Positions 18,548-29,771 of a stretch of 64,000 nt of DNA are shown in pieces. The stretch spans positions 13,958 through 77,957 of the forward strand of contig JASJAX010000008.1 of the NCBI GenBank assembly GCA_030066755.1, in the 5' to 3' direction. How positions within the stretch are numbered: the first letter of the stretch is position 1; each line of letters starts with the position of its first letter. Origin of the DNA: Acidimicrobiia bacterium (GTDB lineage: Bacteria; Actinomycetota; Acidimicrobiia; Spongiisociales; UBA5794). The notes beneath the pieces are model-generated. The model did not search any database. It saw nothing but the letters and a program-made list of their open reading frames with translations, and was not told where the DNA came from. A program made the translations under genes and the position numbers.

Positions 18548-20362
18548 ATGTCCGTTCCGTCATCTACCGCCCCGAGCGGTCTTCGTGAGGCGCTGCGTGA
18601 GGGCTTTCGCCTGATCGGCACGTTCATCAGGAACGGGCCGGTGTCGTACGCACTGGCGGCCGGTGGTGCGGCGCTGTTTGCTGCGGCGATCGTTGCGGCG
18701 GCATTCGTGATCGGCGATGTCACCGATTCGCTGATCCTGCCGGTGCTCGATGAGGGTGTGTCGAGTGAGGGTCTGCTGTGGCCGGCCATCGCCGCCGTCG
18801 TCGGCGTTGCGACGTGGAAGGCTGCCGGGATCACGCTGCGCCGCACCGCGGCCGGATGGTTGCAGTTCCGGGCACAGACCGACGCACGGATCGGTCTCAT
18901 CGATCGGCTCCTCCGCACGGAGCTTCGGTGGTACCACCGTCAATCCGTCGGTGACCTGCTGTCGGTGACGGAAACCGACGCTCGGGAGGCGACCTTCATC
19001 CTCGCTCCGCTGCCGTATGCAACCGGAGCCACCCTTCTCCTGATCGGGACCGTGGTCATGATCTTCGTGCTCGATCCGATCATCGCCCTGGTCACGCTCG
19101 GGTCGCTCGGTTCGATCATTGCTGTCGACATTCGTGGGAGCTGGTCGTCGTTCGAGGCGTTCCAGGATGTGCAGCGGTTGCGCGGCAACGTCTCGCAGGT
19201 GGGTCACGAGAGCTTCGACGGAGCTCTCACCGTCAAGGCCCTCGGGCGCGAGGCGGTCGAGACGCGCAGGTTTGAAGCGGCGTCCGAGGAGCTCCGCGAC
19301 CGGATCATCGACGTGAACCGGGTGTTCTCCACGTATCGAGTCATCGTTGAGGCAATGCTGTCGGCCGTTGCCGTTCTCGTGCTGATCGTCGGCGCGTTCC
19401 GGACACGTGCCGGCGCGGTGACGCCCGGCGATCTGGTGACGGTTGCCTACTTGCTCACCTTGCTCTTCATCCCGATTCGCATCGTGGGCTTCGTTGTCTG
19501 GGACATGTCGCATGCCCTTGCCGGGTGGCGGCGGGTCCAGCGGATTCACGAGTCCGCTGAGTTGGTTGCCTACGGAGGGCTCGATCACCGTGGCGATCCG
19601 ACCGGAGCCGAGGTCGCCGGCGAGGCGGTGGCCTTCACCTACGGCGGCGATGAGGTCATCCTCGACGGGGTCGAGCTCATCATTCCACCCGGGCAGGTCG
19701 TCGCCGTGGTTGGGCCGACGGGAGCCGGCAAGACCACGTTGGTGACCCTGCTGGCTCGCCTGTGGGATCCAACCAGTGGACAGATCACCCTGGACGGGCG
19801 TGATCTCCGGGACTTCGCAAGGTCGGCGCTTCCCGGGGAGGTGGCCTTCGTCGCGCAGGACGCGTTCCTGTTCGACGATTCGGTAGCCGGCAACATCAGA
19901 TTCGGTACGGACGCCTCGCAAACGGACGTCGACCAGGCTGCGGCGCTGGCCGGCGCAACGAGTTTCATCGACGAACTCCCGGATGGCTACGGAACTCAAC
20001 TCGGAGAACGAGGCACGTCGTTGTCGGGCGGGCAACGACAGCGAGTTGCGCTGGCCCGGGCACTTGTCCGACGGCCGCGGTTGCTCATCATGGATGACGC
20101 CACGTCGGCCGTCGACCCGTCGGTGGAGACGCAGATCCTCAAGGGCCTGCGCGATGCTGAGTTGCCGTCGACCGTGGTCATCGTGGCGTATCGACGCTCG
20201 AGCATCATGCTCGCCGACGAGGTCATCTTCCTCGATGAGGGCCGCATCGTTGGCCACGGGACCCACGCCGAGTTGATGGCGACGACGCCGGGATATGCGC
20301 AGATCCTCGAGGCCTATGAGGTCGACGCCGTGCGACGCGCCGAAGAGAACTCGCAGCCATGA
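18548..20362 (+). CDS. ABC exporter, TMD-NBD half transporter
   Basis: GPTGAGKT, LSGGQRQR, degenerate Walker B MDDAT. Confidence 0.9.
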   Translation: MSVPSSTAPSGLREALREGFRLIGTFIRNGPVSYALAAGGAALFAAAIVAAAFVIGDVTDSLILPVLDEGVSSEGLLWPAIAAVVGVATWKAAGITLRRTAAGWLQFRAQTDARIGLIDRLLRTELRWYHRQSVGDLLSVTETDAREATFILAPLPYATGATLLLIGTVVMIFVLDPIIALVTLGSLGSIIAVDIRGSWSSFEAFQDVQRLRGNVSQVGHESFDGALTVKALGREAVETRRFEAASEELRDRIIDVNRVFSTYRVIVEAMLSAVAVLVLIVGAFRTRAGAVTPGDLVTVAYLLTLLFIPIRIVGFVVWDMSHALAGWRRVQRIHESAELVAYGGLDHRGDPTGAEVAGEAVAFTYGGDEVILDGVELIIPPGQVVAVVGPTGAGKTTLVTLLARLWDPTSGQITLDGRDLRDFARSALPGEVAFVAQDAFLFDDSVAGNIRFGTDASQTDVDQAAALAGATSFIDELPDGYGTQLGERGTSLSGGQRQRVALARALVRRPRLLIMDDATSAVDPSVETQILKGLRDAELPSTVVIVAYRRSSIMLADEVIFLDEGRIVGHGTHAELMATTPGYAQILEAYEVDAVRRAEENSQP

Positions 20363-22125
20363 CCGCACGATCCCAAGAGCTCACCACCACTGCCGCCCTC
20401 CGTCGGCTCTTGGTGGAGGCGCCCCCGATGCGGCGGGGCTTGATCGTGACGCTGTTGCTTGCGGCGCTCGGAACCGGAACCCAGATCATCGTTCCGGTGG
20501 TCGTGCAGCAGATCGTCGACTACGAGCTCCTCGATCCCGCCGGCGTCGACGTCGCCGGCGCGGTTCGGCGCGGTCTGGTTGCGCTCGTCATGATGTTCGC
20601 GGCAGTCTTCGTGCGGCGAGCGTCGCTGCTGCGCCTCGTGACTGCGGCATCGACAGGATTGTCCGAGCTGCGGGTCAAGACGTTCCGCCACCTCCATCAG
20701 CTGTCCATTCTCCACGTGGAATCCGAACGCCGCGGCGTGCTCGTTGCGAGAGTGACGAGTGACCCGGCGTCCATTCAGGACTTCATGGATTGGGGAGGCG
20801 TCGGGATGGTGATCGGCGCTGCCCAGGTCCTGCTGGCGATGGCCGTGATGCTGATCTACGGATGGCAGCTCGCCGTCATGGTGTTCGTCGGCGTGCTCAT
20901 CTACGCCGTGCTCCTGGCATGGTTTCAGCGGATTCTGCAACGTGCTCATGACCAGGTCCGACTGCGGATCGCCGAGTCGTTGGCGACGATGGGTGAGGCG
21001 ATCAGCGGTCTCCCGGTGGTACGGGCGTACGGTGCCGAGTCGGCGACGCTGGACAAGGTGGAGGCGGTGCTCGAGGAGCAGTTCCGGGCCGAGTTCAAGA
21101 CCGGGCGGCTGGGCGCGTTCCTCTTCTCGAGCGCGGAGTTGTTTGCCGGGCTGATCACTGCCGTCGTCATCCTCGTCGGGGTCGTTGCGGGTGGAGGTTG
21201 GGGAATGTCTGCCGGGACCCTCCTGGCCTTCTTGTTCCTGGTGACGCTGCTGGTCGAGCCCGTGCAGACGTTGGTGGAGACGCTGGATCAGGCGCAGTCC
21301 GCCGCCGCCGGGGTTCGACGAATCCTCAACGTGTTGGACGAGGCGATCGATGTTCCTGATCCCGTCGACGGGGTGGTGCTTCCCGATGAACGCCTCGACC
21401 TCGAGTTCGAAGGCGTTCGATTCCGCTATCCGACCGGCGACGACGTGCTCCACGACATCTCGGTGCGTGTTCGGGCCGGCAGCCGGATTGCAGTGGTCGG
21501 CGAGACCGGATCGGGTAAATCGACCTTCGTGAAGCTCGCCACCCGGCTCCTCGACCCGACGGCGGGTGAGGTTCGCCTCGGTGACGTCCCGCTGACGAGA
21601 GTCACGTTCGACAGCCTCCGGGACCACGTGATCTTCGTGCCACAGGAGGGCTTCCTCTTCGACACGACGATCGCCGACAACGTGCGGTACGGGAAGCCGG
21701 GAGCGACCGCTGCCGAGGTTCAGGCGGCGTTCGAGCAACTCGAGCTCGGTGACTGGCTCGCCGGTTTGCCGGACGGCCTCCGGACCCGTGTCGGTGAGCG
21801 GGGCGGGCAGCTCTCGGCGGGGGAGCGCCAGCTCGTCGCGCTGGTTCGTGCCTGGATCGCCGATCCCGAGCTCCTCATCCTCGACGAGGCGACCTCGGCG
21901 GTGGATCCTGCACTCGAGGTGCGGCTTCGCAGGGCGATCGAGCATCTGACGGAACATCGCACGTCGATCACGGTTGCGCACCGGCTGTCGACGGCCGAGG
22001 CGAGCGACGAGGTGCTCGTCTTCGACGGGGGCCGTATCGTCGAGCGAGGCAGCCATCACGACTTAGCGGACAGTGGGGGGGTCTACGCGGCGCTGCACGC
22101 CGACTGGATGAGTTCGACGGGCTAG
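20359..22125 (+). CDS. ABC exporter, TMD-NBD half transporter (heterodimer partner)
   Basis: GETGSGKS, LSAGERQ, LDEAT, AHRL. Confidence 0.9.
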   Translation: MTARSQELTTTAALRRLLVEAPPMRRGLIVTLLLAALGTGTQIIVPVVVQQIVDYELLDPAGVDVAGAVRRGLVALVMMFAAVFVRRASLLRLVTAASTGLSELRVKTFRHLHQLSILHVESERRGVLVARVTSDPASIQDFMDWGGVGMVIGAAQVLLAMAVMLIYGWQLAVMVFVGVLIYAVLLAWFQRILQRAHDQVRLRIAESLATMGEAISGLPVVRAYGAESATLDKVEAVLEEQFRAEFKTGRLGAFLFSSAELFAGLITAVVILVGVVAGGGWGMSAGTLLAFLFLVTLLVEPVQTLVETLDQAQSAAAGVRRILNVLDEAIDVPDPVDGVVLPDERLDLEFEGVRFRYPTGDDVLHDISVRVRAGSRIAVVGETGSGKSTFVKLATRLLDPTAGEVRLGDVPLTRVTFDSLRDHVIFVPQEGFLFDTTIADNVRYGKPGATAAEVQAAFEQLELGDWLAGLPDGLRTRVGERGGQLSAGERQLVALVRAWIADPELLILDEATSAVDPALEVRLRRAIEHLTEHRTSITVAHRLSTAEASDEVLVFDGGRIVERGSHHDLADSGGVYAALHADWMSSTG

Positions 22126-22138
22126 GACGTTCGCCGGG

Positions 22139-23278
22139 CTACAAGATCCGTTTCGCCACGATCTCCTTCATGATCTCGGTGGTCCCGCCGCCGATGCTGA
22201 GGATCCGATTGTCCCGGTAGAGCCGCTCCACCAGGTACTCGCGCATGTAGCCGTAGCCGCCGAAGATCTGAACGGCCTCGTGGGTGACGAAGTCGCTCGC
22301 CTCCGTCGAGAAGATCTTCGCCATCGACACCTCAGTCACCTGGTCTTCACCCTCGGCCATCCGCGCCGCAACCCGGTAGGTGTACTCGCGACTCACCTCG
22401 ACCTTGGTCGCCATGTCCACGAGCTTGTGGCGGAGCACTTGGAATCCGGCAAGGGGCCGACCGAACGCCTCACGTTCAGTCACGTACGCGAGGCACGCCT
22501 GCAACGCCAGCTCAGCTGTGATGTTGGCAACGATCGACATCTGGAGCCGTTCCTTCTGGAAGTTCTCCATGATGGCGATGAACCCCATGTTCTCCGGCCC
22601 GATGAGGTTGGCTCTCGGCACCCGGCAGTCGTCGAAGAACAGCTCTGCGGTGTCGGATGCCCACCAGCCCATCTTCTTCAACGGCTCGGATCGGCTGAAC
22701 CCCGGCGTCTCCGCTTCGATGACGAGGAGGGAGATGCCGCTGTGGCCCTCGCCACCCGTGCGAACCGCAACCGTGTACTGGTCGGCCCGGCAGCCACTTG
22801 TGATGAAGGTCTTGGCGCCGTTGACGAGGTACTCGTCGCCGTAGCGCACCGCCGTCGTGCTGAGGCCGGCGACGTCCGATCCGCCGCCCGGTTCGGTCAC
22901 CGCGAGCGCAGCGATCCGCTCGCCGGAGAGCACGCTCGGGAGAAACCGTTCCTTCTGCTCGTCTGTACCGAACTTCAGGATCGGGGGGAGCGCGATGTGC
23001 AACGACCCCAGGCTCGCCCCGAGGCCTCCGGAGCCGGATCGAGCGATCTCCTCCCAAGCAACGACCTGCATGAAGAGGTCGCCCGGGGAGCCGCCGTACT
23101 CGGCGGGATAGCCGACTCCGAGGATCCCGATCTCGGCCGCCCGCCGGTAGAGATCACGGGGGAAGGTTCCCGCCTCCTCCCATTCATCGACGTTGGGAAG
23201 GATCTCTGCAGCGACCCATTGCCGGGCCGTTCGGCGGATCAACTCGTGGTCGTCGGTGAAGTAGCGGTCGAACCCCAT
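22139..23278 (-). CDS. Acyl-CoA dehydrogenase
   Basis: AVTEPGGGSD, NGAKTFITSG, FQKER, QIFGGYGY, IGGGTTEIMK. Confidence 0.93.
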   Translation of the reverse strand: MGFDRYFTDDHELIRRTARQWVAAEILPNVDEWEEAGTFPRDLYRRAAEIGILGVGYPAEYGGSPGDLFMQVVAWEEIARSGSGGLGASLGSLHIALPPILKFGTDEQKERFLPSVLSGERIAALAVTEPGGGSDVAGLSTTAVRYGDEYLVNGAKTFITSGCRADQYTVAVRTGGEGHSGISLLVIEAETPGFSRSEPLKKMGWWASDTAELFFDDCRVPRANLIGPENMGFIAIMENFQKERLQMSIVANITAELALQACLAYVTEREAFGRPLAGFQVLRHKLVDMATKVEVSREYTYRVAARMAEGEDQVTEVSMAKIFSTEASDFVTHEAVQIFGGYGYMREYLVERLYRDNRILSIGGGTTEIMKEIVAKRIL

Positions 23279-23790
23279 CAGGCGGGGAGCTCCCACTCCT
23301 TGCCCTTGAAGTGCCTGGGTTGGAGCACAAACGCCAGATCGCCGCGAACCGCCGGGAGGCGGCTCCAGCTGTCGACGAGCAGGTCAATACCAACAATGGT
23401 TCCGGTCTTGACCGTGACGGCTCCACCGGTCAGGTGATACGCCAATGCGCTCCATGTCGGCTCGTGGCCTACCAGCATGAGTGAGTCGTGGTCGTCCGAC
23501 GTGCCCCTCGCGACATCGAGGGCGCCGCTGGGAGACGTCCCGTACAACGCATCGGTCACCTCGACGCTGGTGGGCCAGTCGCCGGCTTCGACGGCCAGTT
23601 CCAGCGTGGTGCGTGCGCGAACCGCTGACGACGTGATCGCGTGGTCGGGCACGAGATCGGAGCGTGCAAGGACCAAGCCCATGGTCTTGGCGGCCTTCAC
23701 GCCGCGTTTGCTCAGAGGCCGCTCATGGTCCGACCCGAACGGGGCGTCCCAGTCGGACTTGCCGTGGCGAAACAGGATCAGTCGTCGCAT
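23278..23790 (-). CDS. SixA-like histidine phosphatase
   Basis: LILFRHGKS, RPLS.RG, SSAVRA, LVGHEP. Confidence 0.88.
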   Translation of the reverse strand: MRRLILFRHGKSDWDAPFGSDHERPLSKRGVKAAKTMGLVLARSDLVPDHAITSSAVRARTTLELAVEAGDWPTSVEVTDALYGTSPSGALDVARGTSDDHDSLMLVGHEPTWSALAYHLTGGAVTVKTGTIVGIDLLVDSWSRLPAVRGDLAFVLQPRHFKGKEWELPA

Positions 23791-23814
23791 GATCTCCCGC
23801 TAAGTTCGGAGTTG

Positions 23815-24225
23815 ATGATCGAGTATCGCACCAATGTCGACGGCATCACACCGGATCAGCTCGAGGGGCCGTTCTTCGTCGGGTGGCCGAATCCTCCGAG
23901 CCCGGCCACCCATCTCCGTGTGCTCGACGGCAGCGCCCATGTCGTGGTGGCCGTGGACGAGTCGAACCAGCAGGTTGTCGGGTTCATCAACGCCATCACC
24001 GATGGCGTCTTCATGGCGTTCATCCCCCTGCTCGAGGTCGTACCCGAGTACCAGGGGCGCGGCATCGGGAGCGAGCTGGTACGCCGGCTCCTGGAGCTAC
24101 TCGATGGTTTCTACACCGTGGATGCGATGACCGACCCCGAGCTGCAGCCCTTCTACCGCCACCTCGGGCTCGAAGCGGCACACGGTGTTGCGCTGCGTGA
24201 TTACGAGCGTCAGTCGGGGGAGTGA
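23815..24225 (+). CDS. GNAT N-acetyltransferase
   Basis: LEVVPEYQGRGIGSELV, PFY..LG. Confidence 0.85.
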   Translation: MIEYRTNVDGITPDQLEGPFFVGWPNPPSPATHLRVLDGSAHVVVAVDESNQQVVGFINAITDGVFMAFIPLLEVVPEYQGRGIGSELVRRLLELLDGFYTVDAMTDPELQPFYRHLGLEAAHGVALRDYERQSGE

Positions 24226-24231
24226 GCTCGG

Positions 24232-25068
24232 TCAGCCGGCGGTGCCGATGGCGAGGAGATGTGGGCTGACACCGATGATGCTCGGTTCGCTCGCGACACG
24301 ATCCATCAGGTCGAGCAGCTTGGCACGCCGCTGCGGGTCGGCGAGCCGGTCCGCGAAATCGGGCGCCAGCCAAGCGATGCCCTCGACCGCATGAACCGCC
24401 ACGTGTTCGAAGCCGGCGTCGACGAGTTCCTGGGTGAGCTCGTCGGCGAGGTGGAAGTAGGCCGTCGTGAAGTAGGCCGGGTCGTTGGTCGGGTTGTGGT
24501 GTCGACCCGTCGCGATCGCCTCCTCGACCATGACCGAGAACGCCGGGTCGTCGATGAATCCCCGGTCGAGACCGTCGATGGTGGAGGCGAACCGTCCGAT
24601 CGCAGCTGCGGCGATCACTCCTCCCGGGCGTACCACCCGATGCGCCTCGGCTAGGGCCGCAAGTCGGTGACCACGCTCCTGCAGGTGGTAGAGCGGCCCC
24701 ATCAAGAGCACAGCGTTGGCCGTATCGGTCTCGAGCGCGACCGCCCTCGCATCGGCGACGGTCGCCGAGGCGAGCATCACCCCGGAAGCTGCGGCACGTT
24801 CGAGTGCTTGGTCGACGTGGTGGGGGACCGGGTCGATCGCGTGCACGGTGTAGCCGCGCTGGGCGAGCCACACGGAGTAGACCCCAGGCCCGCTTCCGAT
24901 GTCGACGATGGTGGCCGGTGGCGCAGGGAGTGTGCGCTCCAGGAGATGCTGCGTGCGGAGCCGTTCCAGGATTCCGAACGACTCCTCGGCGAGTCGTGAC
25001 GACTCGTCGTACCGGTCGTAGTGGGCGATGATCTCCGGTGGCGTGATCGGTGGGTCCTGCTCGACCAT
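24232..25068 (-). CDS. Class I SAM-dependent methyltransferase
   Basis: VDIGSGPG, LLMGPLYHL, RPGG. Confidence 0.88.
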   Translation of the reverse strand: MVEQDPPITPPEIIAHYDRYDESSRLAEESFGILERLRTQHLLERTLPAPPATIVDIGSGPGVYSVWLAQRGYTVHAIDPVPHHVDQALERAAASGVMLASATVADARAVALETDTANAVLLMGPLYHLQERGHRLAALAEAHRVVRPGGVIAAAAIGRFASTIDGLDRGFIDDPAFSVMVEEAIATGRHHNPTNDPAYFTTAYFHLADELTQELVDAGFEHVAVHAVEGIAWLAPDFADRLADPQRRAKLLDLMDRVASEPSIIGVSPHLLAIGTAG

Positions 25069-25070
25069 CG

Positions 25071-25700
25071 TCAGCCTCCCGCGGACCATGCCAGCAGCAG
25101 CTGGCCGACGTAGTAGAGCGGGAGTCCGGTCAGACGGTTGATGCGACCCGGGGTGACGAAACGGTCCCGCGCAACGTAGATGTCGGACACGTAGAAGAGG
25201 GCGGCACCCATCAGGATCCTCCAGTCCGCTGCAGAACCCTGGGTTCCGGCGGCCGTCAGCAACATCGCAGAGATCACCGCCATGTAGGCGATCACCGGGA
25301 TGCGCATCGCATCATCGAGATGTGGCAACAGCCAGGGAGCGATCACGATGGCGGCGGCTCCGGTAACGATCACGCCGGCGATCATCCAGCCCGGGGATTG
25401 ACCGCGGACGACGAAGGCAACCACGTACGCCACGTGCCCGAAGAGAAACGAGACGAGACCGAGCAGAAAGGCCCGGTCGCTGCGAAACGTCAGGAGCAGA
25501 TCCCCTGTCCACGACAGCAGGAGGCCGATGACGACCAGAGTGCCGAAAGTCGAGTCGAAGGCGCCGGCGACGATGGCAACGGCGATGAATCCGGTCGATG
25601 CGGCCATCTTGGCAACCCGAGACCGCTCACGTGAGTGCGGCTCCAGCGCAAGCGTCACCCCGGTGGCGACGATGGTGACGACGGCAGCCAACCAGCCCAT
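25071..25700 (-). CDS. YhhN/lysoplasmalogenase-like membrane hydrolase
   Basis: GDLLL, GLVSFLFGHVAY, LFYVSD, YYVGQ. Confidence 0.85.
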   Translation of the reverse strand: MGWLAAVVTIVATGVTLALEPHSRERSRVAKMAASTGFIAVAIVAGAFDSTFGTLVVIGLLLSWTGDLLLTFRSDRAFLLGLVSFLFGHVAYVVAFVVRGQSPGWMIAGVIVTGAAAIVIAPWLLPHLDDAMRIPVIAYMAVISAMLLTAAGTQGSAADWRILMGAALFYVSDIYVARDRFVTPGRINRLTGLPLYYVGQLLLAWSAGG

Positions 25701-25707
25701 GGGCAGA

Positions 25708-26256
25708 TCAGGCCTCGGCCTCGGTCATCCAGCCTGCCGGATATGCAGTCACGAGTCCGTGCTCGTTGATCGTGAGGTCTGCTGAGTAGGCCCCGCTTCG
25801 GTAGCGATAGCGGCGCTCGGCGAGGCGCTCGTAGGTCTGCGTGACCTTCTCGATGTCGCGTTGGGGGAAGTCGATGCGTATCGCCGTGATCTGGGCAGAC
25901 TCCCCGACCTCGAGCGCCAGGCGTTTGATCGGCAACGTGTTCGTCCCGGGCGTGAAGCCGAGATCGACGTCGGTCGCCCCGTACATCTCGAGTACCGGGG
26001 TATCACCCGCCGACCAGGTGCCGGAGCCATCGGTCGTCAACGCGAGTGTCCGATCGTTTTCGCCACCGTGGACGTTGATGCCGACGGAGATGGGCTGCCA
26101 TGCATGGTCGGTGGCGATCGTGTAGCGGATCTCGTACGGAGCCGAGTCGTCGACGAGCAACACCGTGCCGGCCAGCCGATGCCCCGTCGCCGTGTCGTCG
26201 AGCGTGCAATGCTCGTAGCTCGTCCGGTCGATGCGTCGCCACAGGATTCGTGCCAT
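25708..26256 (-). CDS. Putative glycolipid-binding domain protein (DUF1089-like)
   Basis: DVDLGFTPGTNTLPIKRL, QTYERL, GLVTAYP. Confidence 0.8.
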   Translation of the reverse strand: MARILWRRIDRTSYEHCTLDDTATGHRLAGTVLLVDDSAPYEIRYTIATDHAWQPISVGINVHGGENDRTLALTTDGSGTWSAGDTPVLEMYGATDVDLGFTPGTNTLPIKRLALEVGESAQITAIRIDFPQRDIEKVTQTYERLAERRYRYRSGAYSADLTINEHGLVTAYPAGWMTEAEA

Positions 26257-26345
26257 GGAGCGAGCATATCGTCCCTGCCATCAGACTCGGTGACAGGGAT
26301 ACCATGGGCCGACGACCGGCTGATCGAAAGGACACGGCCTTGGCG

Positions 26346-26843
26346 ATGGATGCGAAGCTTGAAGCCGCCTACAACGCACAGATCACCATGGAGTACGGCT
26401 CGGCGTATGCCTACCTCGCCATGGGAGCCTGGCTCGAGGCGGAGGGTCTTCCCGGCATGGCGCTGTGGATGCGCCTGCAAGCCGACGAGGAGACCGAACA
26501 CGCGCTGAAGTTCTACCAGTTCGTGCTCGACCGCGGTGGACGAGTCGAGCTCGGAGCGATCGATGCCCCGGTGGCCGACTTCGAACGGCCCCTCGACGTC
26601 TTCCGGAGATCCCTCCAGCAGGAGCAGGCAGTCACGGCGTCGATCAACGAGCTCTACGCACTGGCGGTCCAGTCGAACGACTTCGCGTCGATTCCTTTGC
26701 TCGATTGGTTCGTCAACGAGCAGGTCGAGGAAGAAGCCACCGTGCAGCAGATCATCGATGATCTCGAGCGCGCCGGCGACGCCGGCCACACCCTGCTCAT
26801 GCTCGATCGAGAACTCGGAGCTCGCCAGCCCGAGGAGGATTGA
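26346..26843 (+). CDS. ftn: Non-heme ferritin
   Basis: NAQITMEY, QADEETEHA, WFVNEQVEEE, LMLDREL. Confidence 0.92.
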   Translation: MDAKLEAAYNAQITMEYGSAYAYLAMGAWLEAEGLPGMALWMRLQADEETEHALKFYQFVLDRGGRVELGAIDAPVADFERPLDVFRRSLQQEQAVTASINELYALAVQSNDFASIPLLDWFVNEQVEEEATVQQIIDDLERAGDAGHTLLMLDRELGARQPEED

Positions 26844-26844
26844 G

Positions 26845-27966
26845 CTACAGCCGCTCCACGACGTAGTCGACGGCCGCGGTGAGGATTTCCGCATCCTTCG
26901 GAGGCACGTTCGGGAACGTTGCGAACCGGAGTTGGTTGAGGCCCAGCTTGCGATACGAGCCGGTGTCGACGATGCCGTTTGCCCGCAGCACGCCGCCGAC
27001 CGTATCGGCTGAGATGTGGTCCGGGAAGTTCACGGTCGCCACGGTCGGGCTGCGATGGGCCGGGTCGGCAACGAACGGCCAGGCGTATTCGGATGCCTCG
27101 GCCCACGAGTAGATGTGTCCCGACGTGGTTGCGGCGCGCTCCGCTGCCCAGCTGAGCCCGCCGAGCTGCAGCATCCACTCGACTTGCTCGGCCAACAGAT
27201 AGAGGGTGGCGATCGCCGGCGTGTTGTAGGTCTGGTCCTTGCGGGAGTTGTCGAGAGCGATCCGCAGATCGAGGAAGGCCGGGCACCACCGTTCCGACGC
27301 AGCGAGTTCCTCGATCCGAACCACGGCCGCTGGGCTCATGAGCGAAATCCACAGCCCGCCGTCGGATCCGAGCGCCTTCTGCGGCGAGAAGTAGTAGGCG
27401 TCGAAAGTCGCTGGGTCCGTCTCGATCGCACCGGCTGCCGACGTGGCGTCGACGAGGACCATGGCATCGCCGTCCGTTGGCCGCACGATCGGCATGGCGA
27501 CCCCGGTCGAGGTCTCGTTGTGGGTGAGGGCATAGGCGTCGACATCGCTGTTGGCGACGGGCATGGGGTGCGTCCCGACTGGCGACTCGATGACCTCCGG
27601 ATCGTCGAGGTGAGGCGCCGCGCGGACGACATCGACGAATTTCGAAGAGAACACGCCGAACGCACAGTGCTGGCTGCGACGTCGGATCAAGCCAAACGAG
27701 GCTGCATCCCAGAAGGCGGTCGCTCCACCGATACCCATCACAACCTCGTAGTCGTTCGGCAGGTCGTACAGGCGCCGCAACCCCGTCTTGACCCGGTGCA
27801 CGAGCTGCTTGACCGGTGCTTGGCGGTGGCTGGTGCCCATGATCGAGGTGCCGGAGATGCCAAGGCCAACCAACGCTTCGGAGCGAACGCGAGAGGGACC
27901 GGCGCCGAAGCGCCCGTCGGCAGGTATCAGGTCGTCGGGGAGTTTGATGTCGGGGTGCGTATCCAT
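26845..27966 (-). CDS. serC: Phosphoserine transaminase (actinobacterial type)
   Basis: [49 protein letters not shown]. Confidence 0.92.
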   Translation of the reverse strand: MDTHPDIKLPDDLIPADGRFGAGPSRVRSEALVGLGISGTSIMGTSHRQAPVKQLVHRVKTGLRRLYDLPNDYEVVMGIGGATAFWDAASFGLIRRRSQHCAFGVFSSKFVDVVRAAPHLDDPEVIESPVGTHPMPVANSDVDAYALTHNETSTGVAMPIVRPTDGDAMVLVDATSAAGAIETDPATFDAYYFSPQKALGSDGGLWISLMSPAAVVRIEELAASERWCPAFLDLRIALDNSRKDQTYNTPAIATLYLLAEQVEWMLQLGGLSWAAERAATTSGHIYSWAEASEYAWPFVADPAHRSPTVATVNFPDHISADTVGGVLRANGIVDTGSYRKLGLNQLRFATFPNVPPKDAEILTAAVDYVVERL

Positions 27967-28031
27967 GGTCCTGCGATTCGGTAGGGTGCGGGCCGCAGTA
28001 CATATGCCGTACCCGCAGGAGGGTAGTGACC

Positions 28032-29243
28032 ATGAGCACCTCGCCGATCTCCGGGGTCTCCCAAAGAGCCAGCAACGTCGCCGTGTCGGCCACGATGGCG
28101 ATCACCGCCAAGGCCAACGAGCTGAAGGCACAAGGCCGTCCGGTCATCGGCTACGGCGCCGGCGAGCCCGACTTCCCGACGCCCCGGTACATCGTGGAGG
28201 CTGCGCTCGAGGCGGCCGGTGACGAGCGGTATCACCACTACACCGCCGCCGCGGGGCTGGCATCACTCAAAGACGCCGTCGCCGCAAAGACGATGCGGGA
28301 TTCTGGTTTCGCGGTCGATCCGAGCCAGGTCGTCATCACCAACGGCGGCAAGCACGCCGTGTATGCCACCTGCCAAGCCTTGATCGACGCCGGGGACGAG
28401 GTCCTTCTCCCGGCTCCGTACTGGGTGAGCTATCCCGAGATGGTCAAGCTCGCCGACGGCGTCCCGGTTGAGATCGCAACCGACGAGACGACCAACTTCC
28501 AGGTCACCGTCGACCAGCTCGAAGCCGCTCGAACGGACAAGACGAAGATGTTGGTGTTCGTGTCGCCGTCGAACCCGACCGGGTCGGTCTACGCCCCTGA
28601 TGCGATCGCCGCGATCGGTGCCTGGGCGGCCGAACACGGTATCTGGGTGATGACGGACGAGATCTACGAGCACCTCGTCTACGGGGACACACAGTTCGCC
28701 TCGCTTCCGGTGGTTGCCCCAGAGGCGGCGGACCGTACCGTGATCGTCAACGGCGTCGCCAAGACGTATGCGATGACCGGGTGGCGGGTCGGCTGGATGA
28801 TCGCTCCGGCGGAGGTCGCCAAGGCCGGTATGAAGCTCCAGTCGCACATGACGTCGAACGTCAACAACATCGCCCAGATCGCAGCACTGGCTGCCGTGTC
28901 CGGGCCGCTCGACGCCGTCCATGAGATGCGAGATGCGTTCGACCGGCGGCGTCGCAAGATGTTCGACATCCTCTCGGGGATCGACGGCGTGGTGTGCCCG
29001 GAGCCGCAAGGTGCGTTCTACGCCTTCCCCTCGCTCCGGGGTCTCCTGGGGCGGCCGCTCAACGGACGAACCGCCGACACCACGCTCGACCTCGCGGCGC
29101 TGCTGCTCGAGGAGATCGAGATCGCGATCGTGCCTGGAGAGGCATTCGGCGCACCCGGCTATGCCCGCTTCTCGTTTGCCATGAGCGACGACGACATGGT
29201 GGAAGGGCTCACCCGGCTCGCCGACCTGGTTGCGAAGGGGTAG
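28032..29243 (+). CDS. Class I/II PLP aminotransferase (aspartate aminotransferase-like)
   Basis: [27 protein letters not shown]. Confidence 0.92.
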   Translation: MSTSPISGVSQRASNVAVSATMAITAKANELKAQGRPVIGYGAGEPDFPTPRYIVEAALEAAGDERYHHYTAAAGLASLKDAVAAKTMRDSGFAVDPSQVVITNGGKHAVYATCQALIDAGDEVLLPAPYWVSYPEMVKLADGVPVEIATDETTNFQVTVDQLEAARTDKTKMLVFVSPSNPTGSVYAPDAIAAIGAWAAEHGIWVMTDEIYEHLVYGDTQFASLPVVAPEAADRTVIVNGVAKTYAMTGWRVGWMIAPAEVAKAGMKLQSHMTSNVNNIAQIAALAAVSGPLDAVHEMRDAFDRRRRKMFDILSGIDGVVCPEPQGAFYAFPSLRGLLGRPLNGRTADTTLDLAALLLEEIEIAIVPGEAFGAPGYARFSFAMSDDDMVEGLTRLADLVAKG

Positions 29244-29254
29244 GAGAGGTCCCC

Positions 29255-29713
29255 GTGGACCTCGATGCCTTCATTGCCACCCACGGTCCGAGGACTGTGG
29301 TCGAAGCGATCGAGTGGCTCGAGGCCAACGGTTTCCACCGGACTCGTGCGATCGGGGGTGCCGATACGAGCTTCGGCAACGTGTCGGTGACCTACGTTCG
29401 CGATGCGACCACGGTGCTGATGGTCCGTGACCGGGGCCAGTGGTCGTGCGATCTGCGGTTCGACGACATCGACCAACCGTTCGATCTGGGCTTGATCGCC
29501 GCAGCGCGACGCGGCGATGTGTCATGGACGTACCGGCCCCACGTCGAGGGTGAGCCGATGGCGATACTCCTCACGGGCGACATCGATTGGCCTGCGGAGC
29601 TGGATGCCGGGTTGGCGTGGGTCGCCGCAGATCGATCTGCCCCCGGTGCGTTGATTGCGGAACGGGAGCGTCGGTCAGAGCAGCTCAGAGCTCGTTTCCC
29701 CTGGGCCCCATAG
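29255..29713 (+). CDS. Hypothetical protein
   Basis: GTG start behind AGGAG; fills the gap between the aminotransferase and the aroQ fusion; no family recognised. Confidence 0.55.
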   Translation: MDLDAFIATHGPRTVVEAIEWLEANGFHRTRAIGGADTSFGNVSVTYVRDATTVLMVRDRGQWSCDLRFDDIDQPFDLGLIAAARRGDVSWTYRPHVEGEPMAILLTGDIDWPAELDAGLAWVAADRSAPGALIAERERRSEQLRARFPWAP

Positions 29714-29771
29714 GCGGTGTCTCGAGTCGATCTGCGAGGGTCGTTCACCGGGAAACGATCCGTGACGTCGC